Positions 38,917-48,010 of a stretch of DNA of 64,000 nucleotides are shown here, one piece after another (within the stretch, counting starts at the first letter, position 1; each line of letters opens with the position of its first letter). Origin of the DNA: an uncultured virus (IMG/VR IMGVR_UViG_3300043570_003132) (taxonomy: Duplodnaviria > Heunggongvirae > Uroviricota > Caudoviricetes); IMG/VR virus record IMGVR_UViG_3300043570_003132, positions 1 through 64,000 of that record, one strand, 5' to 3'. Below the pieces are notes generated by a model that worked only from the letters and a program-made list of their open reading frames with translations, searched no databases and was not told where the DNA came from. A program made the position numbers and the translations under genes.

Positions 38917-39891
38917 ATGATAAATAAAAATTCAAGAATATTAATTACCGGTGGTTCGGGATTAGTAGGTCAAAACTTAACCGAAAGATTACTTAAAGAA
39001 GGTTACACTAATTTAAGAATAAATTTACACAAAAGAGGTGTTAGAAAAATTCATGATGGTGTTCATTACACATATCACGATTTACAAACTTACGAAGGTT
39101 GTTTAACTGCAACTAAAGATGTGGATGTAGTATTTCACGCCGCAGCGTCAACATCTAATGCGGTAGATACTGTTGTTGATCCGTTAGCTCACGTTACACC
39201 TAACGTCGCAATGAATAACTTCTTAATTGACTCCAGTTGGAGAAATAAGGTTCAACATTACATCTTCTTATCATCTAACACAGTTTATCCACCAAAAGGA
39301 GATGAACCCGTTGTTGAGACTGATTTCTTATTTAATGAACCATATCCTGTTTACTTCCCTGTGGGTTGGATGAAAAGATATGCTGAGATTCAATGTGAAT
39401 TGTATGGTAAGTATTTACCTGTTAAAATGAAATGTACCGTTGTTAGACCAGCCAATTTATTTGGTCCTCACGATAAGTATGATTTCAATAAATGTCACGT
39501 AACTCCAGCAACTATTCGTAAAGTGGCCGATAAAATGGATCCAATTCCAGTATGGGGTGATGGTAGTGAATTGAGAGATTTATTATACATTGAAGATTTT
39601 GTTGAGGCATTACAAGTTATTATGGAAAATGAGACTGAAATGTTTGAAGTTTATAATGTTGGGTCTAATAAAGTTTATTCCGTATTAGAAGTATTAGAAA
39701 TGATGAAAGTAATTGCTAACCATGACGCTCCAACTGAATTTATTAGTGGAAAACCTTCCATGATACCAACTCGTAAAATTGATTCAAATAAAATTAAAGA
39801 AAAATTAGGGTGGGAATCTAAAACATCATTAACAACAGGTTTATCCTTAGCTTACAATTGGTATACTGAAAATAAAAACGAATTTAATTAA
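38917..39891 (+). CDS. GDP-L-fucose-synthase-like epimerase/reductase
   Basis: TGGSGLVG, RPANLFGPHDKYD, WGDGSELRDLLY. Confidence 0.85.
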   Translation: MINKNSRILITGGSGLVGQNLTERLLKEGYTNLRINLHKRGVRKIHDGVHYTYHDLQTYEGCLTATKDVDVVFHAAASTSNAVDTVVDPLAHVTPNVAMNNFLIDSSWRNKVQHYIFLSSNTVYPPKGDEPVVETDFLFNEPYPVYFPVGWMKRYAEIQCELYGKYLPVKMKCTVVRPANLFGPHDKYDFNKCHVTPATIRKVADKMDPIPVWGDGSELRDLLYIEDFVEALQVIMENETEMFEVYNVGSNKVYSVLEVLEMMKVIANHDAPTEFISGKPSMIPTRKIDSNKIKEKLGWESKTSLTTGLSLAYNWYTENKNEFN

Positions 39892-39892
39892 T

Positions 39893-40720
39893 ATGAAAGG
39901 ATTATTATTTGGTGGTTGTTCATTTACATGGGGTCAAGGTCTATATTTCTATTCGGACTTACCTAAACAAAAATACCCATTAAATGAATTCACATATCGA
40001 CGTGAAGAATTAACCGACGCACATCTAAGATTTAAAGATACATTAAGATTTCCTCGTTTAGTTGCAAATCACTTTAATACTTTTGAATTAGTTAAAGGTC
40101 AGAATGGTGGGAGTGAAGATGAAACATTTGATTTTTTACGTACAGTTTTTAAACATAAAATTAATGAAAAGCACGACCATTATGTAAGTGATAACATAGA
40201 ATATGGGGATATTGAATATATAATTATTCAAACATCTCAAATTTGGCGTAATAAATTCTATTTTACATTAAATGGTAAAGAAGATTATGCTATGATTTCA
40301 TTGAATAATAATCATCACGGTTATAATTGGGATAACCTTTATAAATGGTTGATTGAAAATAATGAAACAATTGAAAATGTTGTAAAATCTCATTTAAAAA
40401 TACAATTAGATAGATTTGAAAATGAAGTGAAGTTTTATGAGGATAAGGGTATAAAAGTAAGATTTCTATGTTGGGAACCTGATTTCTATTATGAATTGGA
40501 TAAATACCCATATCTTAGAGAGAGATTCGTACCAATTTTTTACAATGATGTAAGATATAATACAATACGTAAAATGCACGATGAGAATCCACATTTAAAG
40601 ATCAAGGGTGATGTTGTATTTTTCGGTGATAATATTCCCGATGATCATCATCCATCAAAAGAATGTCATAAGGTGATTGCTGAAAGTATAATTAGAAGAC
40701 TTGAATCTGAAATAAAATAA
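39893..40720 (+). CDS. SGNH-like protein
   Basis: FGGCSFTWGQGL, DHHPSKECH. Confidence 0.7.
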   Translation: MKGLLFGGCSFTWGQGLYFYSDLPKQKYPLNEFTYRREELTDAHLRFKDTLRFPRLVANHFNTFELVKGQNGGSEDETFDFLRTVFKHKINEKHDHYVSDNIEYGDIEYIIIQTSQIWRNKFYFTLNGKEDYAMISLNNNHHGYNWDNLYKWLIENNETIENVVKSHLKIQLDRFENEVKFYEDKGIKVRFLCWEPDFYYELDKYPYLRERFVPIFYNDVRYNTIRKMHDENPHLKIKGDVVFFGDNIPDDHHPSKECHKVIAESIIRRLESEIK

Positions 40721-41496
40721 TGAAAGGTATAATATTCGCCGGTTGTTCGTTTACTTGGGGTCAGGGATTGTATTATTATTCCACTATGAAAAATGTGGTT
40801 AATCAAGGAAATCAATTTAAACCTAATTTATTAACAGATGCACACATTCGTTATAAAAATATATTTAGATTTCCAAGATTGGTGGCTAATCATTTTAATG
40901 GATTTGAAATTGTTAGAGAACCGAATGGTGGTAATGATATAACGTCAATCGATTTTGTTAACAACTTATTCGATAAATATAAATTTAATGATGGAGGTAA
41001 ATATGATTATTCGGAAATTGATTATATTATATTACAAACATCTCAAATTGTTAGGAACCATTTTGATGTTGGGGTGGGTGGTAAATTAAAAACATTATCC
41101 TGTAGTCAAAACGATTCTAAGTTAACAAAATATTTAGTAGAAAATAACATAACATTTAATGAATGGTTTAATATATTTACAGGACAAGTATTTCAAAAAA
41201 TAAAAGATTTTATTATATTCTACGAAAATAAAGGTATTAAAACTAAGATATGGTGTTGGCAAGATGATTTATTAAAATATATTAAAACAGATTCTTATTT
41301 TTCAGATAAATTTATTAAATTTGAATATGAAGGACAAACATATGATTGTTTAGATTATATGATAAATTTGAATGAAAATTTACTTATATCAAATGATAAA
41401 ATTAATTTTACAGAATTGATACCGGATCAACATCCATCTAAATTATGTCATGAAATAATTGCCAAAAATATAATAAAAAATATAGAAAATAAATAA
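40720..41496 (+). CDS. SGNH-like protein (tandem paralog of 39893-40720)
   Basis: FAGCSFTWGQGL, shared RFPRLVANHFN, DQHPSKLCH. Confidence 0.7.
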   Translation: MKGIIFAGCSFTWGQGLYYYSTMKNVVNQGNQFKPNLLTDAHIRYKNIFRFPRLVANHFNGFEIVREPNGGNDITSIDFVNNLFDKYKFNDGGKYDYSEIDYIILQTSQIVRNHFDVGVGGKLKTLSCSQNDSKLTKYLVENNITFNEWFNIFTGQVFQKIKDFIIFYENKGIKTKIWCWQDDLLKYIKTDSYFSDKFIKFEYEGQTYDCLDYMINLNENLLISNDKINFTELIPDQHPSKLCHEIIAKNIIKNIENK

Positions 41497-41498
41497 TT

Positions 41499-42044
41499 AT
41501 GAGTTCACCAGAATATACCCCATATAAGGACGCACTAACAAATTCAATGACTTACCTTGGTCAACAGGAAGATACTGTATTTATAGGTCAACAGGTTCTT
41601 TGGCACGGTAATCCAATGAGTACGACCATTGGTGATGTTCCTAAAGAAAAACTAATTGAACTTCCCGTTATGGAAGAATCTCAAATGGGTATGTCATTAG
41701 GAATGGCTATGGCTGGTAAGTTTGTCGTTACATTCTACCCTCGTTGGGATTTTGTAATATGTTCAACAAATCAATTAGTTAACCATGTTGATAAAATTGG
41801 ATTAATGAGTCAAGGTAAATGGCAACCTAATATGATTATTCGTTTAGGTAAGGGTTCTGATAAACCGTTAGATCCAGGTCATCAACACAGAGGTAATTAC
41901 TTTGAGGAATTCAAATCCATGTGTCCTAATATTAATTTTATTGATTTAAAGGATTGGAACGATATTGAATTACATTATAAAAACGCATACGAAAAAGGTG
42001 GTATTCATGTAATTGTGGAATATCCTGAATTATATTATATTTAA
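41499..42044 (+). CDS. TPP-dependent E1 beta / transketolase pyrimidine-binding domain (no C-terminal domain)
   Basis: FIGQ, ELPVMEESQMGMSLGMA, NQLVNH, GHQH, VEY. Confidence 0.85.
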   Translation: MSSPEYTPYKDALTNSMTYLGQQEDTVFIGQQVLWHGNPMSTTIGDVPKEKLIELPVMEESQMGMSLGMAMAGKFVVTFYPRWDFVICSTNQLVNHVDKIGLMSQGKWQPNMIIRLGKGSDKPLDPGHQHRGNYFEEFKSMCPNINFIDLKDWNDIELHYKNAYEKGGIHVIVEYPELYYI

Positions 42045-43112
42045 TTTTTTATTAACTAAATGATGGAAATTATGTGTAACAATTTTCTTTTTATTTATAT
42101 AATATAATTCATTCATGAATGAATTAAAAAATGGATGATCTTCTTTAAAAACTTGTATTTTTTTAACTTCTTCTTCGGTGTATGCACCATCTCCCCAATG
42201 TACATGTTGTGTATAATTAATATGTAATTTAAAACTACTACTTTTAAAAATATCTGTCATTATATTATAAAACATTCCCATTTCTAAATAATTTTTCTCA
42301 CTTACAACAAAAGACAATGTTAAATAATTAATAGTATCAATTGTACTTATAAATTTGAGATTACCTAATAACATATCCCAATCACCATTTAATCTGGTAA
42401 TATTTTCGTAAGTATATTTAGTTCCCGCATCTATACTAATTTCAATAGATCCTATATATTTTTTCGCTTGTAATGAATTCCACATTTTTTCATTTAACAT
42501 TTTACCGTTAGTAATAATGTTTATATATTGTAAATTTGGATATTTTTTAATATCAAAATTAATTAAATAGTTTCTATAAATTTTAGAATAAAATGGATCT
42601 CCACTACCAGTTATTAATATTGTTTTTATATGACTGGCAAATTTAGTCTCAATTTCATAAAGAGTTTTTAATTTATCTTGATGTTTTTTAGAATTTTCAT
42701 CATCATTTGAAACTAAGTCCAATCTACAAGATGGACATTTAAAATTACAACTTCTATCAAAACCAAATAAAACGTTCTCAGGATGGGTTTCTATTTTTTC
42801 AACATCTTCGATTGAGTTAATTTTATGATAGTTTAGAAATTTTTCTTTTTCTATGAAATTAATTGGTATTTCGTTTGTGTTTAATAATCTATTTAAACTA
42901 GGACACACATTATGATCACAATGTCTATATGTTCCATCTAATACTGATTTCCGTATATCAATTGCCGTATTAGTATCCCACTCTATTTCTTCTTTGCCGT
43001 CTCTAATACTTGTTGGACACCATGAGGGGCAACAAACATACACTTGATATGGTTGTAAGTCCATATAACTAAACGGGTTAGTACAAACATATTTATTTAA
43101 CTTATCCTTCAT
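42030..43112 (-). CDS. Radical SAM protein with N-terminal Cys-rich (twitch/SPASM-like) region
   Basis: CNFKCPSC, TGSGDPF, ITNG, ISIDAG; N-terminal CTNPF...VCCPSW...C; start re-called at MKDKLN (43112). Confidence 0.85.
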   Translation of the reverse strand: MKDKLNKYVCTNPFSYMDLQPYQVYVCCPSWCPTSIRDGKEEIEWDTNTAIDIRKSVLDGTYRHCDHNVCPSLNRLLNTNEIPINFIEKEKFLNYHKINSIEDVEKIETHPENVLFGFDRSCNFKCPSCRLDLVSNDDENSKKHQDKLKTLYEIETKFASHIKTILITGSGDPFYSKIYRNYLINFDIKKYPNLQYINIITNGKMLNEKMWNSLQAKKYIGSIEISIDAGTKYTYENITRLNGDWDMLLGNLKFISTIDTINYLTLSFVVSEKNYLEMGMFYNIMTDIFKSSSFKLHINYTQHVHWGDGAYTEEEVKKIQVFKEDHPFFNSFMNELYYINKKKIVTHNFHHLVNKKLNII

Positions 43113-43530
43113 TTTCTTCTTTTGTTGGCCAACTAACTTCCCAATCTTTAAAATCAGCCGCAATACAATCAATTTTATAATCTTTTCTTCCACCAACAAC
43201 TTCTTGTATTTTATTCTTGGCGGTATTTCTTATACCATTTAATCCGTGAGTTAACGATAACATACTTGGTCCTTCTTTTCCACTTCTTACATTAGATTCG
43301 TTATGCCAAATGTGTAAATTCATTTGTGCACATACAATAACCGCTCTCAACATCTCACCAGTTATAACAACATCTTTCTCACTTAAAATAAGTTGTATGT
43401 CGTGTGTGATATCAGCAATTTCTTTAGCGTATTCTTCTTTATGTTCAGTTATAAACACTTCTTTTAATTGTACAATCGAAAGTCTATCAATTAACTCCGA
43501 TAATGTTGGTAAAAATCTTCTTTGTTCCAT
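43102..43530 (-). CDS. Hypothetical helical protein (ELIDRLSI motif)
   Basis: 142-aa ORF coupled to neighbours. Confidence 0.65.
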   Translation of the reverse strand: MEQRRFLPTLSELIDRLSIVQLKEVFITEHKEEYAKEIADITHDIQLILSEKDVVITGEMLRAVIVCAQMNLHIWHNESNVRSGKEGPSMLSLTHGLNGIRNTAKNKIQEVVGGRKDYKIDCIAADFKDWEVSWPTKEENEG

Positions 43531-44495
43531 TATATTAATTTGTTTTGTTTTTTTATTTCTGATAAATAATCATTTTTTATTATAAAATCATACATAGTTT
43601 TTGCAATCTCAGTATGAGCTTTTATTGACGGGTGTGCACAGGGTGTTATATATCCACCTTTTGACATTTTTTTATTTGAGTACGCGTAATCGTAATATTT
43701 TGCCGATGATTCTACACCTATTAAATCGTCTCTATTCTCTAAATGACATAACATGTCAGCAACACAAGAAAAACCTCCTGGTTTGAGGTAACTATCCCAA
43801 TTAACCATAGTCATCAATTCATTAAGATAATGAATATTACCATAAAGATAGTTTTCCTTTGTTTTTTCTCCTCTTATTTTTTTATAAAATGATTCATTGT
43901 TATAATCTGTTGAGAAAGCACTTGTTAATATTAATTTTGCATTATTTGCTTTACACCATGTTTGAGCTTCATGAATGTTCAATATTAATTCTATTGTTGC
44001 GGATCTATCTGAATAGATATGAGTAAGATACTCATTCCATAAACCTCTTTCATCTCCGACATGTGAATCGGTTGGCCACATTGTTTTAAAATGAATATGT
44101 TGATTTAAATTTTTATGTACAAAATCAAATCTCTCCATACCTGTTAACATGAAAATAACTATTTTTTCTTTTATATTTTCAAATTTAAACGCGGGGTGCA
44201 TTGATAATTGTTTAACAGATGCTCGATTACCTCTACCTACCATACCTAAATTAATCGACATATAATCTGTTAAATGGTTTTTACATAATTGATTTACCCA
44301 TGAGTTTTCATAAAAGATTGTATCCACGATTTTTTCGTCGGATTCAGGAACATTTTTCATATCCCAATTATATTTTTTCCATATATCTTCACTACAAGCA
44401 CCTTGTCCTTGTGTAAAACTATCTCCAATACCAATTATAACTTTAGAATCTGTAGTTAATTTTCTAATTAAATCGTATTTATACCAATCAAACAT
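43530..44495 (-). CDS. SGNH-like protein
   Basis: IGDSFTQGQG, NLGMVGRGN, CAHPSIKAH. Confidence 0.7.
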   Translation of the reverse strand: MFDWYKYDLIRKLTTDSKVIIGIGDSFTQGQGACSEDIWKKYNWDMKNVPESDEKIVDTIFYENSWVNQLCKNHLTDYMSINLGMVGRGNRASVKQLSMHPAFKFENIKEKIVIFMLTGMERFDFVHKNLNQHIHFKTMWPTDSHVGDERGLWNEYLTHIYSDRSATIELILNIHEAQTWCKANNAKLILTSAFSTDYNNESFYKKIRGEKTKENYLYGNIHYLNELMTMVNWDSYLKPGGFSCVADMLCHLENRDDLIGVESSAKYYDYAYSNKKMSKGGYITPCAHPSIKAHTEIAKTMYDFIIKNDYLSEIKKQNKLI

Positions 44496-45781
44496 TAAAT
44501 TAAATTTTTAATTTTATTTGTATGATTACAATAATTTTTTAAATTGGTATACGCTTCAGGTAATTTAAATAATTTACCAACCAATACTGATTGATTATAT
44601 TTTATAATTTCTTCCATAGAAGAAAACCATTTTAATTTATCTTGAATATCATCAACTTTTTTAATTGACTCAATAATATATTGTAACCTTTCATGTGTCG
44701 GTAAATGATCATATCCCTCATCTATAAAACCATCAAATGTTTTATATCCAATTTTTTTCATCATTTCCATACTATCCTTATTCCCCATTATAATAAATGG
44801 ACTATTACATGCAATAACTTTAAATGTTTTTTCACTTAAAAACATGGTTTCGTCACTATCACCACAATGAGCTTCACTAATAACCGTCATAAATGTATCT
44901 AATGAAATTTGATTATTGAATCTTCTAATATAGAAATTATCATCAAATTCATCGTTACTTTTTTCATGTACTAAAAGTGGTAATCCAACTAATATTTCGT
45001 CTATACGTTCTTTACTTATTTCTTGTCCTTCAAATATATAACCATGTTTATCGAATGAGTTCATACTAACTAATCCCTTGTTAATTAATCCCGCTTGATG
45101 TAAGTAATTATAAAACCAAACTCTTTGTAATCTAATTCTTTTATTTAAACAAGCGAAAGTTTTAATATGAGATATATTTTCTGTTTTATGTGTGATGTGA
45201 TCTTCAAATGTTGGTAATGGGTGGTTATCTCTGATTTTTTCATAACACATCATCCCCATATCTAATTCAAAATGTGAATATGGTATAACTTTAATCTTTT
45301 CAATTACATCATTGTCTTTTGTCCATTTTTCATATGTTTCATCGGCAATCATATTACCAGTAACATAAATGATACGTGTTGGTGAAACATTCCATTCTTT
45401 ACATTCTTTATGAAACCACTCCCATAACCAAGGTGTTTGATACCCCTCTAAACTTTGATCCAACATAACATAAGCTTTATTATTTCTTAAGTCAGTTAGA
45501 TATTTTTCATTAAGATAAAAGAAAAAACTTTTAACCCTAGGGTCATACCCTGTCCAATCATCGGGACTATGGTTTACTGATGTTGGGATTATATACTCTT
45601 CATCAATTATTTCATCTACCGAATAATAATTTAACTCTCCATTAATATTTGATAATTGGCAATTAATGTTTGTTGCGGTTAATAATGGTGATATACCAAA
45701 CCTATTAATCCCTGATCTATTAATATCTTTACAGGAAGTAAAATTAGCCAGATTAAACTTATCTTCAAAAACAAAATTCAT
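44495..45781 (-). CDS. SEKxxKP family protein
   Basis: CLNKRIRLQR, TVISEA, FLSEKTFKVIACNSPFIIMG, GYKTF...DEGYD. Confidence 0.6.
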   Translation of the reverse strand: MNFVFEDKFNLANFTSCKDINRSGINRFGISPLLTATNINCQLSNINGELNYYSVDEIIDEEYIIPTSVNHSPDDWTGYDPRVKSFFFYLNEKYLTDLRNNKAYVMLDQSLEGYQTPWLWEWFHKECKEWNVSPTRIIYVTGNMIADETYEKWTKDNDVIEKIKVIPYSHFELDMGMMCYEKIRDNHPLPTFEDHITHKTENISHIKTFACLNKRIRLQRVWFYNYLHQAGLINKGLVSMNSFDKHGYIFEGQEISKERIDEILVGLPLLVHEKSNDEFDDNFYIRRFNNQISLDTFMTVISEAHCGDSDETMFLSEKTFKVIACNSPFIIMGNKDSMEMMKKIGYKTFDGFIDEGYDHLPTHERLQYIIESIKKVDDIQDKLKWFSSMEEIIKYNQSVLVGKLFKLPEAYTNLKNYCNHTNKIKNLI

Positions 45782-47229
45782 TATTTATTGTAATTTTCTT
45801 TATCTGACACATAAACTCCAGGTTCATAGTGTGTTATTCTACCATCAGTAATTTTTACATCTTGTATTGTGTTGTCAATCACTAATGAATTATACCAATC
45901 TTCTAACTCAGGGAATGTCTCCACGAAATTCTTGTTTCTACGAATATCATATTGAACATAGAAGCTTTTAAAGTCATGATATTGTATTGACATGTCCATT
46001 TCACTTGTATTATGACCTCTATTAACAACTTCAATATAATCAATCAATCTTTGAATTTGAGCACCTTCATGCATATTGATTAACGGATTCTTTTTATGTT
46101 TTCTCCACCACATTGATAACTTACCGTGTAAATCGTGTTTAATATCGTCCGGTAATGTAAGTGGTGACATAAACGCCGGCCATCTTAAAATGTTAAAGTC
46201 AACAATTGGTTTATGTGTTCCGTATTTCTCTTTTAATTTCAACATATCATCTAAAAATTCAGTAATACTAAATAAACACAAACTATTAATTGTCATCATA
46301 ATAACAACTTGTCTAATTTTAGCACTCTCAATTACTTTAACTAAATTACTTCTCCATAGTTCATAATTTAAACCATCCCTAATATATTCCGCTTGCTCAC
46401 CATAAGCTTCACAACTTGTATACAAATCGAATTCTTTGATGTCTAATTCGTGAGATATACTAATTAACCTATTCACCGTCGTTTCGTTAAGACCTAGGTT
46501 AGAATTGACTGCAAGTCGTAAATTAGGGGACGGATATTGTTTCATTGTATCCATGAACTGCCAAAAATTACGAGATTGTGATGGTTCTCCACCAGTTACA
46601 CGTATTTCCATTAATTTTTGTGACAATTCAGGCCACCATTTTAAGAAAGCATCAACATATGGATTGTTCTCATTGTATTTACCGTAAATCTCAGACCAAG
46701 ATCCGTCAGCATAATATGCCCCCGCACTTGTTGTTTTAAATTTCTGATATGGACCATTATCTTTAATGTCTTTACCCCATGTTGTTGAGTATCCTGAATT
46801 ACAATATGAACAAGCAAAATTACATGTTCTATCAAAAGATACCTCGATAGTCTGTGGTACAATATCCGCATCCCAAGGTAGTTCTTTTAATGCCGCAATA
46901 TCTTCAGAACTATAAATTTGACTTTTATATATACGATCCGAAATATTATTTCTACCGATATCTTCAATCTTCCAACAGTAAGAACATTCCGCCGGTTTAA
47001 CACCTTCTAACATCATTTTACGAATTTCTTTCTTAAAATCAGTATTATGTAATGCTGCTGGATTTGTTTTTATTGCTTCAACATCAATGGGATGTGGTAA
47101 TGGTAAATGACACGAGTTTGTAAATCCATGACCTAAGTGTAAACTAACATTTAACCATTTAGCCGCACAAAAACTACAACTTACTTTATTTAAATGTTCA
47201 TCTCTCCAGTTTGCTAATTGTTCTGACAT
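45781..47229 (-). CDS. Radical SAM protein (twitch-domain type)
   Basis: FCAAKW, SCHLP, ECSYCW, CNFACSYC, TGGEP. Confidence 0.88.
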   Translation of the reverse strand: MSEQLANWRDEHLNKVSCSFCAAKWLNVSLHLGHGFTNSCHLPLPHPIDVEAIKTNPAALHNTDFKKEIRKMMLEGVKPAECSYCWKIEDIGRNNISDRIYKSQIYSSEDIAALKELPWDADIVPQTIEVSFDRTCNFACSYCNSGYSTTWGKDIKDNGPYQKFKTTSAGAYYADGSWSEIYGKYNENNPYVDAFLKWWPELSQKLMEIRVTGGEPSQSRNFWQFMDTMKQYPSPNLRLAVNSNLGLNETTVNRLISISHELDIKEFDLYTSCEAYGEQAEYIRDGLNYELWRSNLVKVIESAKIRQVVIMMTINSLCLFSITEFLDDMLKLKEKYGTHKPIVDFNILRWPAFMSPLTLPDDIKHDLHGKLSMWWRKHKKNPLINMHEGAQIQRLIDYIEVVNRGHNTSEMDMSIQYHDFKSFYVQYDIRRNKNFVETFPELEDWYNSLVIDNTIQDVKITDGRITHYEPGVYVSDKENYNK

Positions 47230-47263
47230 TTTTATATTTTTATTAATGTAATTAAAATTATTG

Positions 47264-48010
47264 TTATTTCATATATTGTATTGGTACTTTTTCTAAAAAG
47301 TTACAATTTTTTGATTCATCATAAATTATATCTAAATTGTTAATAATCTCAAAATCGTATAAACAAATAAGATCTTCATAATAATATTTTTCTACTAAAC
47401 CTACTAATTCAGATTGATATAAATCTTTTGCATCATTTATATCTGACGACTTCATTAAAATAGAAAAATGATTTAAGTCCATTTCCCCATAATATCTTTG
47501 TTCTTTCAACCCGCAATCAGGACTCGAACACCCTAAATATAAACCGTCCGACCTATAATCTTCAATTAATTGTCCTTCAAATGTTAGTTCATTTACTTCG
47601 ACAAAGTTTTTATATAATATAAATTTATTTAATTTTCTAATAACAGATAGTGTTACACCATTTTCAACGTCCTTCTTATCCACATCTTTAAAATGTATAT
47701 ATTTAAATTCATCTTCTCCATTGTCTTTTCTTACCCAAAATTCCCAAGCAACATCGTTAGTTTCACTATTATATGATAATCCCATATTTTTTCCAGGTTT
47801 ACCGTATATCATACAAATTTTATCAATTTTATATTTTTCTTTAATTGTAAAATTACAGGTAATTATAAATTTTTCTTTATGTTGAAAATCATACACATTA
47901 TAATTTTTTTCTTTATCAAAAATAGTAACGTATTGATTATCGTGATGTTCACTTAAATCCCAATTATATTTAATCCAATAAGGGTGTTTATATTTTATTC
48001 TCATATTCAA
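47264..48010 (-). CDS. Stand-alone LamG/concanavalin-like domain protein, paralog of the N-terminus of 47988-50087
   Basis: GKPGKNMGLSY..WEFW vs GVPGKNFGISY..FEFW; LYLGC; HFSI. Confidence 0.6.
   Translation of the reverse strand: MNMRIKYKHPYWIKYNWDLSEHHDNQYVTIFDKEKNYNVYDFQHKEKFIITCNFTIKEKYKIDKICMIYGKPGKNMGLSYNSETNDVAWEFWVRKDNGEDEFKYIHFKDVDKKDVENGVTLSVIRKLNKFILYKNFVEVNELTFEGQLIEDYRSDGLYLGCSSPDCGLKEQRYYGEMDLNHFSILMKSSDINDAKDLYQSELVGLVEKYYYEDLICLYDFEIINNLDIIYDESKNCNFLEKVPIQYMK

Noticed and set aside
35382..42044. Pyruvate dehydrogenase (pdhA/pdhB) auxiliary metabolic genes
   Set aside because: Both subunits are truncated, E2/E3 are absent and the context is NDP-sugar synthesis
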